From Thermomonospora sp. (GTDB taxonomy: Bacteria > Actinomycetota > Actinomycetes > Streptosporangiales > Streptosporangiaceae), in the NCBI GenBank assembly GCA_036258615.1, contig DATADI010000086.1, forward strand, positions 1-40,528: 40,528 bases of DNA. Direction: 5' to 3'. Of this stretch, positions 26,004 through 34,455 are shown piece after piece. How positions within the stretch are numbered: position 1 is the stretch's first letter; the number at the start of each line of letters is the position of its first letter. A program made the translations under genes and the position numbers. Below the pieces are notes generated by a model that did not search any database, was not told the origin of the DNA, and saw only the letters and a list, made by a program, of their open reading frames with translations.

Positions 26004-27860
26004 ATGCCCACACGTCCCGCTGTGCACACTCAGGGTGATCGGCCGTTGGTGTTGGTGCCGGAGGATCTGGCGCCGGTGGAGGCGGTGCCGCTGCACGAGC
26101 GGGACCTGCCCGCCAGTACCTATGAGCTGTTGCGCCGTACGGCCACCGCGTATCCGGACCGGGCGGCGTTGCATCTGCTGGGTGAGGGTGGCGTCCCGTG
26201 GCGGCAGGCGGCCCGCTGGTCGTACGGGGTTCTGCTGGGGCGGGTGCACCAGGCGGCGAATCTGTTCCTTTCCTCGGGTCTGCCGTCCGGTGGGGTGGTG
26301 GGCCTGCTGTTGCCCAACACGGGGTGGACGTACGCGGCGCTGCTGGGGGCGCAGGCGGTGGGGATCGCCAATCCGGTGAATCCGTTGCTGGCCGAGGAGC
26401 ACATCGCCGACATCCTGGCCCTGACCGGCGCGCAGGTCGTGATCGCGCCGGGCCCGGAGCTGGCGCCGGACCTGTGGGCGAAGGCGACCCGGGTCGCCGA
26501 GCGCCTGCCGGAGGTACGGACGTTGCTGACCTTGGGGGACTTCGCCGACTCGGCGTCCCGGCAGCCCGCCGACCGGCTGCTGAACGACCATCGGCCCGGT
26601 CCGGAGGACCTGGCGGCCCACTTCCACACCGGCGGGACCACCGGAGTGCCGAAGGTGGTGCCGCACACCCATGCCAACGAGGTGTACATGGCGTGGGCGC
26701 TGGGGTGCACGGGCGCCTACCTGGACGGATCGGTGTCGTTGTCGGGGCTGCCGCTGTTCCATGTCAACGCCCTGCACGTCACGGGCCTCGGGCCGTTCAT
26801 GCACGGCGGCGAGGTCGTCAGCCTCGGCCCCCTCGGCTACCGGGACAAGAGGTTGATGGGCGAGTTCTGGCACATCATCGAGCACTTCAAGGTGACGTCC
26901 TTCTCCGGCGTGCCCACCGTCTACTCCGGCCTGCCACCGGTGCCCGAGGGAGTGGACATCTCCACCCTGCGCGCGGGGGCGGTGGGGGCGGCGCCGCTGC
27001 CCAAGAAGGTCCGCACCACCTTCGAGGAGTCCACCAGGATCCCGATGCTGGAGGGCTACGGCCTGACCGAGGCGACCTGCGCCACCGCCGCCACGCCCGC
27101 GTTCGCGCCCCGCGCCGGGTCGGTCGGCATGCGCCTGCCCTACCAGCAGGTCAAGGCCGTCAGGGTGGACGCCGACGAACGACCGGTCGGCGACTGCCCG
27201 CCCGGCGAGGTCGGGGTGCTGGCCATCCGCGGCCCCAACGTCTTCCCCGGCTACCTGCGCCCCGGCCCCGGCGGGCGCCCGGTGCCCGACCCGGACGGCA
27301 AGATCTTCGACGGGTGGCTGCTGACCGGTGACCTCGGCAGGGTCGACACCGACGGATACGTCTACCTCACCGGCCGCGCCAAGGACCTCATCATCCGGGG
27401 CGGACACAACATCGACCCCGCCCCCGTCGAGGAGCGACTCCTCACCCACCCCGCCATCACCGCCGCCGCCGTCATCGGCGCCCCCGACCCCCACTCCGGC
27501 GAGATCCCCGTCGCCTACGTCACCGTCGCCGACGGCTCCCGGACGACCGAGGACGACCTCCGCGCCTGGGCCGCCGCGCACGCCCCCGAACCCGCCGCCG
27601 CCCCCAAGGCCGTCCACATCCTGCCCGCCCTGCCCACCACCGCCGTCGGCAAGATCCACAAGCCGACGCTGCTCCAGGACGCCGTCCACCGCACGGTGCA
27701 GGCCGAGCTCGACCGCCTGGGCCTGACCGGCACCATCGAGACCACCCTCAGGGACGGCCGCCCCCACGCCCACCTCCACCTCGACGGGGCCACCGATCCG
27801 GCGGCGGCCGAACTGACCGCCGAACTGGATCGCTACCCCTTCGGCCACACCATCCGATGA
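26004..27860 (+). CDS. Acyl-CoA synthetase (AMP-binding enzyme)
   Basis: FHTGGTTGVPK, LPLFHV, EGYGLTE, TGDLG, GRAKDLIIRGGHNI and TAVGKI. Confidence 0.93.
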   Translation: MPTRPAVHTQGDRPLVLVPEDLAPVEAVPLHERDLPASTYELLRRTATAYPDRAALHLLGEGGVPWRQAARWSYGVLLGRVHQAANLFLSSGLPSGGVVGLLLPNTGWTYAALLGAQAVGIANPVNPLLAEEHIADILALTGAQVVIAPGPELAPDLWAKATRVAERLPEVRTLLTLGDFADSASRQPADRLLNDHRPGPEDLAAHFHTGGTTGVPKVVPHTHANEVYMAWALGCTGAYLDGSVSLSGLPLFHVNALHVTGLGPFMHGGEVVSLGPLGYRDKRLMGEFWHIIEHFKVTSFSGVPTVYSGLPPVPEGVDISTLRAGAVGAAPLPKKVRTTFEESTRIPMLEGYGLTEATCATAATPAFAPRAGSVGMRLPYQQVKAVRVDADERPVGDCPPGEVGVLAIRGPNVFPGYLRPGPGGRPVPDPDGKIFDGWLLTGDLGRVDTDGYVYLTGRAKDLIIRGGHNIDPAPVEERLLTHPAITAAAVIGAPDPHSGEIPVAYVTVADGSRTTEDDLRAWAAAHAPEPAAAPKAVHILPALPTTAVGKIHKPTLLQDAVHRTVQAELDRLGLTGTIETTLRDGRPHAHLHLDGATDPAAAELTAELDRYPFGHTIR

Positions 27861-27877
27861 GGTCCGGTCCAGCAGGG

Positions 27878-28210
27878 TCAGGGACGGGGGGCGTACATGA
27901 TGACGGCCACGCCCGCCAGGCAGACCAGGGTGCCGACCACGTCCCAGCGGTCGGGGCGGAAGCCGTCCATGACCATGCCCCAGGCCAGCGACCCGGCGAC
28001 GAACACGCCCCCGTACGCGGCGAGGATGCGGCCGAAGTGGGCGTCCGGCTGCAACGTCGCCACGAAGCCGTACACGCCCAGGGCGATCACCCCGGCGCCG
28101 CACCAGGCGAGCCCCCGCTCCTCGCGGACGCCCTGCCAGACCAGCCACGCGCCGCCGATCTCGGCGAGCGCGGCCAGCGCGAACAGCACCAGGGACCGCA
28201 GGACCGTCAT
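27878..28210 (-). CDS. ynfA: YnfA/UPF0060 small membrane protein (SMR-like)
   Basis: [35 protein letters not shown] and IMYAPR. A TACCGT -10-like hexamer lies 7 nt before the ATG. Confidence 0.9.
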   Translation of the reverse strand: MTVLRSLVLFALAALAEIGGAWLVWQGVREERGLAWCGAGVIALGVYGFVATLQPDAHFGRILAAYGGVFVAGSLAWGMVMDGFRPDRWDVVGTLVCLAGVAVIMYAPRP

Positions 28211-28231
28211 GGCGGGAACGGTAGCGGGCGG

Positions 28232-28654
28232 TCAGGCACCGGGCGGAGCCGGTTCGGGGAACGGCAGGGGGCAGTGCCGGTGGCGGGCGCAGGCCATGAG
28301 GTCCCCGCAGCCGGCGTCGAGGGTCCGGCGGAGGGTGTCGCGGATGACGGTCAGGTCGGCGATGCGCTGCTCGACCTCGGCCAGCTTGGCGCGGGCGCGT
28401 TCGGCGAAGGCGGGGTGGTGGGCGGTGCCCTCCAGCAGGTCGGCGACCTCGTCCAGGGTGAAGCCCAGGCGCTGGGCGGCCTTGATGACCCGCAGCACCG
28501 TGACGGCCTCCGGCGGATAGAGGCGGTGCCCGCCGAGAGTCCGCCGGGGCGCGGTGAGCAGGCCGCGCCGCTCGTAGTACCGCAGGGTCTGCGGGTTGAC
28601 CCCGGCCGCTTCGGCGACCTGGCCGCTGCGCAGGCCCTCGTGGTCGCCGTTCAT
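28232..28654 (-). CDS. MerR family transcriptional regulator (metal-responsive type)
   Basis: GQVAEAAGVNPQTLRYYERRGLL...GHRLY...AQRLGFTLDE; C-terminal Cys cluster GCGDLMACARHRHCPLPF. The ATG overlaps the upstream stop. Confidence 0.9.
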   Translation of the reverse strand: MNGDHEGLRSGQVAEAAGVNPQTLRYYERRGLLTAPRRTLGGHRLYPPEAVTVLRVIKAAQRLGFTLDEVADLLEGTAHHPAFAERARAKLAEVEQRIADLTVIRDTLRRTLDAGCGDLMACARHRHCPLPFPEPAPPGA

Positions 28655-28977
28655 CGGGCGGGGACGGCGTGCTCGGCGAGCCCTGCCAGGTCGTCGAGCG
28701 TCGGGCCCGCGTCGGTGGGGGCGGCGACGTCCACCGTCAGGTCCGCGCCGTCCTGCTCGTAGGTGAACGTCAGGAACGCGCAGCACCGCCGCTCGGCCTC
28801 GAACAGCGCGCGGATCCGGGCCCGCCGCCCGGCGTCGGCCCCGGCGAAGGTCAGCCGCAGCCGCAGGGGCTCCCGCTCGTAGGCGGTCAGGGTCTCGGTG
28901 AACAGCGCCGCGAAGTCCGACAGCCGCTCGGCCATCGCGTCCTGCGACAACGTGCACATGATCGGTGTCTCGGCCAT
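28651..28977 (-). CDS. Small Cys-motif hypothetical protein (PIxCTL...ExxCCxFxxF)
   Basis: ATG 28977 follows GAGGAG (alternative leaderless GTG at 29010); PIMCTL and ERRCCAFLTF. Confidence 0.75.
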   Translation of the reverse strand: MAETPIMCTLSQDAMAERLSDFAALFTETLTAYEREPLRLRLTFAGADAGRRARIRALFEAERRCCAFLTFTYEQDGADLTVDVAAPTDAGPTLDDLAGLAEHAVPAR

Positions 28978-29016
28978 TTTCCGCTCCTCGTCGATCCCGG
29001 AGTCGGGCACGTCTCG

Positions 29017-29048
29017 ACGGTAAGCCCGTACCCGGGTACCGGTTGCAA
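29017..29048 (-). promoter_or_regulatory. MerR-type long-spacer promoter with dyad operator
   Basis: Minus strand TTGCAA, 20 bp, TACCGT. The spacer holds the palindrome GTACCCGGGTAC (29028-29039), similar to the CCGTAC-N4-GTACGG mer operator. Confidence 0.75.
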
Positions 29049-29093
29049 CCCTCTTGACGCGGTTCGTCCCCCGGCGCTTTTATTGGACGGCGA

Positions 29094-29108
29094 CTACAAC
29101 AGTTGTGG
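29094..29108. promoter_or_regulatory. Inverted repeat upstream of the BVMO gene
   Basis: CTACAAC-A-GTTGTGG, a near-perfect dyad. Confidence 0.45.
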
Positions 29109-29139
29109 GCCGAGGGTCGTCCAGGGCAGGGAGGCCGTC

Positions 29140-30720
29140 ATGGCGGAGCCGGACGCCGAGGTCGCGATCATCGGAGCGGGCCTGAGCGGGATCGGGATGG
29201 GCATCGCCCTCAGGCGCGCGGGGATCCACGACTTCGTCCTCCTGGAGCGCGCCGCCGACATCGGCGGGACGTGGCGGGACAACACCTATCCCGGGGTGGG
29301 CGTGGACGTGCCCGCGCAGGCGTACCAGTTCCGGTTCGCCCTGAACCCCCGGTGGAGCCGGGTGTTCGCGCCGGGCGCCGAGGTCAAGGCGTATGTGGAC
29401 CAACTCGCCGACCGTTACGGCATCCGCCCGCACGTACGGCTGCGCAGCGAGGTCGTCGCACGGGTGTGGGACGAGGACGCGCGGCTCTGGCGGCTGCGGA
29501 TCGACGGCGGCGGCGAGCTGACCGCGCGGTTCGTCGTCAGCGCGATCGGGCCGTTCGTGGACCCCAAGCCGACCGACATCCCGGGTGCCGACGACTTCGC
29601 CGGGACGGTGCTGCACACGGCGCGCTGGGACCACGGCACCGACCTGACCGGCAAGCGCGTCGCGGTCGTCGGCACCGGCGCGAGCGCGGTCCAGCTCGTC
29701 CCGGAGATCGCGCGGCGGGTGGCCCGGCTCGACGTCTACCAGCGAACCCCGATCTGGGTCGCTCCGAAACCCGATATGGCGATCCCCCGCGCGGTCACGC
29801 GGCTGTTCGAACGCGTCCCGCGCGTCCAGGAGGGCGTACGGCGAGCGGCCACCCGGGGTGTCGAGATGATGCTCGTGGACGGGGTCGTCCACCACCGGCG
29901 GGCCCCGTACGTCACCCGCGCCGCCGCCGGGCTGCTCAGGTCGGTGTGGTACCGGTCGCAGGTCCGCGACCCGGAGGTGCGGCGACGGCTCACGCCCCGG
30001 TACGGGCTGGGCTGCAAGCGCCCGTCGGTGTCGAACTCCTACCTGCGGACCTTCAACCGGCCGCACGTCTCGCTGGTCACCGACCCGATCGACCGCATCA
30101 CTCCCGACGGCGTCCGCACCATTGACGGGCGCGAGCGGCAGGTGGACGTGATCGTGCTGGCCACCGGGTTCCGGCTGGCCAGCGACCCGGAGAACTTCCG
30201 CCGCACGCCGGTCCGGGGGCGCGACGGGTTCGACCTGGCGACGGCCTACACCGAGCACCGGCTGGCGTCCTACGAGGGCGTCAGCATCCCCGGCCTGCCG
30301 AACCACTTCATGATGTTCGGCCCCTACGGCTGGGTGGGCGGCACCTGGCACGAACTCGTGGAGACCACCTCCGCGCACATCGTTCGCGTCATCACCGAAG
30401 CCCGCCGCCGTGGCGCGGCCGTCGTGGAGGTCAAACCCGAGCCCACCGAGCGGTGGACCGAGGGCATGCGCCGGAGGCTCGCGGGGTCGCTGTGGATGAC
30501 GAACGGGTGCGCGACCGCCAACAGCTACTACTTCGACCACCACGGCGACACGCCCTACCTGCGCCCGACCAGCGCCGCCCAGGCGTACCGCGCGAGCCGC
30601 ACCTTTCCGCTCGACGACTACGCGTACACATCCGCCACACCTGCCACACCTCCCACCCGCCGGGCCTCGGCCGCCACCGGAACGGCGTCCCCGACCGAGA
30701 CAGGGAAGAGACCAGCATGA
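29140..30720 (+). CDS. Flavin-containing monooxygenase, Baeyer-Villiger type
   Basis: GGGAGG RBS; GAGLSG, GGTWRDNTYPG, fingerprint FAGTVLHTARWD, GTGASA, GCKR and ATGF. Confidence 0.92.
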   Translation: MAEPDAEVAIIGAGLSGIGMGIALRRAGIHDFVLLERAADIGGTWRDNTYPGVGVDVPAQAYQFRFALNPRWSRVFAPGAEVKAYVDQLADRYGIRPHVRLRSEVVARVWDEDARLWRLRIDGGGELTARFVVSAIGPFVDPKPTDIPGADDFAGTVLHTARWDHGTDLTGKRVAVVGTGASAVQLVPEIARRVARLDVYQRTPIWVAPKPDMAIPRAVTRLFERVPRVQEGVRRAATRGVEMMLVDGVVHHRRAPYVTRAAAGLLRSVWYRSQVRDPEVRRRLTPRYGLGCKRPSVSNSYLRTFNRPHVSLVTDPIDRITPDGVRTIDGRERQVDVIVLATGFRLASDPENFRRTPVRGRDGFDLATAYTEHRLASYEGVSIPGLPNHFMMFGPYGWVGGTWHELVETTSAHIVRVITEARRRGAAVVEVKPEPTERWTEGMRRRLAGSLWMTNGCATANSYYFDHHGDTPYLRPTSAAQAYRASRTFPLDDYAYTSATPATPPTRRASAATGTASPTETGKRPA

Positions 30721-31571
30721 CCACGACCTCCGTACCGCCGCGCACCGTGCGCCCCCGCCGGATCCGGTTCTCCTATCCCCGAGGCTCGCTGCGCCGCCAC
30801 TTCGTGGAGGGCGACCTCGTGATGAGCCACGTGGTCGCGGTGCTGTCGGCGACCTTCCCGCCCGGCGAGGAGTTCTTCGTACGGTCGGTCCGGCACTACC
30901 GCGACCGGATCACCGATCCCGAGCTGAAGGAGCAGGTCCGCGGGTTCATCGGCCAGGAGGTCATCCACGGCCGTGAGCACGACCACCTCAACGACGTCCT
31001 CCAGCGGATGGGCTACCCGACCCACCTGATCCGCCGGATGACCGACTGGTCGCTGAAACTGGCGGACCGGACGCTGCCGCCGCGCGTCCGCCTCGGGTAC
31101 ACCGCGGGCCTGGAGCACTACACCGCCACCATCGCCGAACGCCTCCTCACCAGCCCCGAGGCCCAGGCGCTGCTGGGCGACAACGAGGTGCGCTCGGTGC
31201 TGCTCTGGCACGCCCTGGAGGAGTCGGAGCACAAGGCGGTCGCCTTCGACGTCTACCGGGCGGTCGGCGGCACCGAGCGGATGCGGATCACCACCATGCG
31301 GGTGATCAGCACCATGCTGCTCGCGCACGTCGTCGCGCACACCGTCCTGTCGCTGCTCACCGACCGCGCGACCTACGACCCGGTACGGCTCGTCGGCAGC
31401 CTGGCACGGCTGCGGCACTCGCCCTTCCTCGCCCGCGAGGTCATCCGGAACCTGCGCGCCTACAACCGGCCCGGCTTCCACCCCGACGACGTCGACAGCA
31501 CCGAGATCCTCGACCGGTGGCGCGCCGAGCTGTTCGGCCCCGAGGGAGCCCTCACCGGCCACCTGAAGTGA
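30717..31571 (+). CDS. 'Metal-dependent hydrolase' family protein (ferritin-like, ExxH motifs)
   Basis: ATGA overlap; FPPGEEFF, FIGQEVIHGREH, LEHYTA, WHALEESEHKAVAFDVY and PGFHP. Confidence 0.88.
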   Translation: MTTTSVPPRTVRPRRIRFSYPRGSLRRHFVEGDLVMSHVVAVLSATFPPGEEFFVRSVRHYRDRITDPELKEQVRGFIGQEVIHGREHDHLNDVLQRMGYPTHLIRRMTDWSLKLADRTLPPRVRLGYTAGLEHYTATIAERLLTSPEAQALLGDNEVRSVLLWHALEESEHKAVAFDVYRAVGGTERMRITTMRVISTMLLAHVVAHTVLSLLTDRATYDPVRLVGSLARLRHSPFLAREVIRNLRAYNRPGFHPDDVDSTEILDRWRAELFGPEGALTGHLK

Positions 31572-31575
31572 CCGC

Positions 31576-32181
31576 TCAGCCTCGTCCCGGTCGCCCCGGC
31601 GACGGGGCGGGGCGCGCGGTCACGCGGAACAGGTGGTGCATGTGCTCGCGGAAGCGCCGCACCGTGCGGGGGTCGGTGGCGTGGTGCCGCCGCCCGTCGG
31701 TGCCCAGCAGGCCGCCCTGCACGAACCCGTGGATCGACCAGATCACCGTCCACCGGATCATCTCCGAGTCGACGTCGTCGGGGAACGCGGGGCGGGTCAG
31801 GCGGTGCATCTCCGTCAGCCACGCGCCGCTGAACCGGTCGACGTCGACCAGGTCGCCGGCGTCCGACATCGCCCGGTGCATCCACAGGCTGGGCAGTTCC
31901 GGGTGTTCCAGGCAGTAGTCGAGGTACCGGTCGTAGAGGCGGATCATCCCCTCGGCGTCCGGGGTGAACGCCTCCACCACCGGCCTGAGGTACTCGCGCC
32001 GCTGCTGTGTCCGGCGTTTGATGATCTCGAAGTACAGGTCGCGCTTGGCGCCGTGGCGGGCGGTGACCGTGTCCACGTCCAGCCCGGTCGCGTCCGCGAT
32101 CATCTCCAGGGAGACCGCGTCGTACCCGAGTTCGGCGAAGAGCCGTGCCGCCACCGCGCGGACGGCGTCGTCATCGCTCAT
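31576..32181 (-). CDS. TetR/AcrR family transcriptional regulator
   Basis: AARLFAELGYDAVSLEMIADATG...KRDLY; AGGAGG RBS. Confidence 0.85.
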   Translation of the reverse strand: MSDDDAVRAVAARLFAELGYDAVSLEMIADATGLDVDTVTARHGAKRDLYFEIIKRRTQQRREYLRPVVEAFTPDAEGMIRLYDRYLDYCLEHPELPSLWMHRAMSDAGDLVDVDRFSGAWLTEMHRLTRPAFPDDVDSEMIRWTVIWSIHGFVQGGLLGTDGRRHHATDPRTVRRFREHMHHLFRVTARPAPSPGRPGRG

Positions 32182-32288
32182 TCCGTCGCCCCCTCCTGCC
32201 ACGCGGTGCACCGCACCGGCGGCACCTCTGGGCGCCTACCCGCCGCCGCGCCGGTCACTCCTGGCCACCGGCGGCACGGACGCCCAGG

Positions 32289-32744
32289 TCAGGGGCGGGG
32301 CCAGGGACGGCCCGCGAGGCGTTCGATGTCGGTGTTGAAGCGCTTGAGGAAGGCGGCGAAGGCGGCGACCTCGTCGGCCGTCCACTCGGACATGATCTTG
32401 TCGAGGCTGCGGACGACCTCGTCGCGGTGCTCGTCCAGCCGGCGTTCGCCGAGCCCGGTGATGCGGAACTTGCGGGCGATGCCGCCCTCGGGGTCGGGGA
32501 TGCGCTCCAGCAGCCCGGCGCGCATCAGCGCCGAGGTCTGCCGGTTGAGGGTGGACTGGTCGAGGTCGAAGGCCTCACTGAGCCGCCGGATGGTCATCGG
32601 GCCCTCGACGCGGACCCGGCTGAGCAGGATGTAGGCGCTGCGCTCCAGGCGGCCGTCCGCGCGGTGGGCGGCCGAGGAGATGAGGTGGCTGTACCGGCCG
32701 AGCAGCATGGTCTCGTACTCGATCAGCTCCGTGGGCTTGTGCAT
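32289..32744 (-). CDS. MarR family transcriptional regulator
   Basis: LERSAYILLSR...LDQSTLNRQTSALMRAGLLERIPDP...ITGLG. Confidence 0.9.
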   Translation of the reverse strand: MHKPTELIEYETMLLGRYSHLISSAAHRADGRLERSAYILLSRVRVEGPMTIRRLSEAFDLDQSTLNRQTSALMRAGLLERIPDPEGGIARKFRITGLGERRLDEHRDEVVRSLDKIMSEWTADEVAAFAAFLKRFNTDIERLAGRPWPRP

Positions 32745-32798
32745 GCCGCGTCCTCTTCCGATGCTCCGGCCGCCGACCACGATAGCCGGGCCACACCG

Positions 32799-32851
32799 AT
32801 GTGCATGACGCACATGTCGTGCATGGCGCACATCGTGTGTATTGTGCACAT
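32799..32851. promoter_or_regulatory. Three tandem 17-bp imperfect palindromes (MarR operator array)
   Basis: ATGTGCATGACGCACAT (32799), TCGTGCATGGCGCACAT (32817) and GTGTGTATTGTGCACAT (32835); exact 18-bp period. Confidence 0.75.
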
Positions 32852-32882
32852 GCCCGGCGTCGTCGAGATGACAGGAGATCCC

Positions 32883-34337
32883 GTGGACGACCCCACACCG
32901 GCCGGAGGGTCCGCCAGGCGTCCCGGCGGCATCGTGACGGTCCTCGCGGCGGCGGGCGTCGTCGCCGCCCTGATGCAGACCCTCGTGGTGCCGCTCATCG
33001 GCGAGCTGCCCCGGCTGCTGGACACCTCCCCGTCCAACGCCTCGTGGGTCGTGACCGCCACGCTGCTGGCGGCGGCGGTGGCCACGCCCGCGATCGGACG
33101 GCTCGGCGACCTGTACGGCAAGCGCCGCATGCTGCTGCTGTGCACCGTTCCGCTGGTCGCGGGCTCGGTGCTGTGCGCGGTGGCCTCGTCGCTGGTGCCG
33201 ATGATCGTCGGGCGGGGGCTGCAGGGCGTCGGGATGGGCCTGGTGCCGCTGGGCATCAGCGCGCTGCGCGACCTGCTGCCCGCCGAACGGCTCGGGTCGT
33301 CGATCGCGCTGCTCAGCGCGTCCCTGGGCATCGGCGGGGCGCTCGGCCTGCCGATCTCGGCGGCGGTCGCCGAGCACGCGAGCTGGCGGGTGCTGTTCTG
33401 GAGCGCGGCCGTGCTGAGCGCGCTGGTCGCCGCGCTGATCTGGCTGCTGGTGCCCGCGACCCCGGCGCGCGCCGCCGGGCGGTTCGACCTGGTGGGCGCG
33501 CTGGGGCTGGGCGCCGGCGTGGTGTGCCTGCTGCTGGGGGTCTCCAAGGGCGGCGACTGGGGGTGGACCAGCGGAACCGTCATGGGGCTGTTCGCGGCGG
33601 CGGTGGTGGTCCTGCCGGCCTGGGGCTGGTGGGAGCTGCGGACCCGCGACCCGCTGATCGACCTCCGCGTCACCGCCCGCCGCCAGGTGCTGCTGACGAA
33701 CGTGGCCTCGGTCGTGGTCGGGTTCGCGATGTACGCCCAGTCGCTGATCGTCCCGCAGCTGCTCCAGCTCCCCGAGGCCACCGGGTACGGCCTGGGCCAG
33801 TCGATGCTGGCGGCGGGCCTGTGGATGCTGCCCTCGGGGCTGATGATGATGGCGGTCTCCCCGCTGGGGGCCCGGCTGTCGGCCGCGCGTGGGCCGCGCA
33901 CCACCCTGGTCGCCGGGAGCCTCGTGATCGCCCTCGGCTACGGATCGTCCATGGCGCTGTTGGGCTCCACGTGGGGCCTGCTGGTCGTCACCTCGCTGTG
34001 CGGGGCCGGGGTCGCGCTGGCGTACGGGGCGATGCCCGCGCTGATCATGAGCGCGGTGCCCCGGTCGGAGACGGCCGCCGCCAACAGCTTCAACACGGTC
34101 ATGCGGTCCCTGGGCACATCGGTGTCGGCCGCCGTGGTGGGCGTGGTCCTGGCCCAGATGACGACCACGCTCGGGGGGCACACCCTGCCGTCCGAGGACG
34201 GCTTCCGCACCGGGATGCTGATCGGCTGCGGGGTCGCCCTGCTCGCCGCCGCCGTCGCCCTCACCCTGCCCCGGCTCCCCGCGCGGCCCGCCGACGCGGT
34301 GGCCGCCCCGGCACCGGCCGTCCCGACCCGCCGCTGA
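32883..34337 (+). CDS. MFS transporter (DHA2-like, about 14 TM)
   Basis: CAGGAG RBS before GTG; motif A GRLGDLYGKRR, GRGLQG and PLIDLR. Confidence 0.92.
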   Translation: MDDPTPAGGSARRPGGIVTVLAAAGVVAALMQTLVVPLIGELPRLLDTSPSNASWVVTATLLAAAVATPAIGRLGDLYGKRRMLLLCTVPLVAGSVLCAVASSLVPMIVGRGLQGVGMGLVPLGISALRDLLPAERLGSSIALLSASLGIGGALGLPISAAVAEHASWRVLFWSAAVLSALVAALIWLLVPATPARAAGRFDLVGALGLGAGVVCLLLGVSKGGDWGWTSGTVMGLFAAAVVVLPAWGWWELRTRDPLIDLRVTARRQVLLTNVASVVVGFAMYAQSLIVPQLLQLPEATGYGLGQSMLAAGLWMLPSGLMMMAVSPLGARLSAARGPRTTLVAGSLVIALGYGSSMALLGSTWGLLVVTSLCGAGVALAYGAMPALIMSAVPRSETAAANSFNTVMRSLGTSVSAAVVGVVLAQMTTTLGGHTLPSEDGFRTGMLIGCGVALLAAAVALTLPRLPARPADAVAAPAPAVPTRR

Positions 34338-34341
34338 CCTC

Positions 34342-34381
34342 CGCCGTCCGGCCGGGCCCGCGCGGTCCGCACCGGACGGCG
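34342..34381 (+). terminator. Stem-loop after the MFS gene
   Basis: 10-bp outer stem CGCCGTCCGG / CCGGACGGCG. Confidence 0.5.
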
Positions 34382-34388
34382 CCGGTCA

Positions 34389-34417
34389 TTGACATGTTGC
34401 ATGTTACGTACCACACT
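34389..34417 (+). promoter_or_regulatory. Sigma70 promoter with direct-repeat operator
   Basis: TTGACA, 17 bp, CACACT. CATGTT is repeated at a 7-bp period over the -35 and spacer (candidate GntR site). Confidence 0.65.
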
Positions 34418-34455
34418 CGCTCGGCGAGGGCCGCATCTGTGTAGGGAGCCGGAAC

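Noticed and set aside
26004-27860. G/T-rich 5' half versus C-rich 3' half of the acyl-CoA synthetase, as a possible recombination join
   Set aside because: The reading frame and all adenylation motifs are continuous, and similar skews occur in other genes here; it cannot be supported without an alignment.
32799-32851. Short regularly spaced repeats as a possible CRISPR array
   Set aside because: No spacers, only three 17-bp units and no cas genes; it fits an operator array.
32145-34181. Extended 730-aa (+) and 630-aa (-) ORFs over marR/MFS, including an apparent MCMTHMSCMAHIVCIVHM metal-binding peptide
   Set aside because: The peptide is just the translation of the 18-bp operator repeats; the RBS-supported starts are 32883 (+) and 32744 (-).
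26004-34337. Acyl-CoA ligase, BVMO, MFS and regulators as one secondary-metabolite cluster
   Set aside because: No core synthase (PKS, NRPS, RiPP or terpene) is present, and the genes form separate small units, several with their own regulator and candidate operator.
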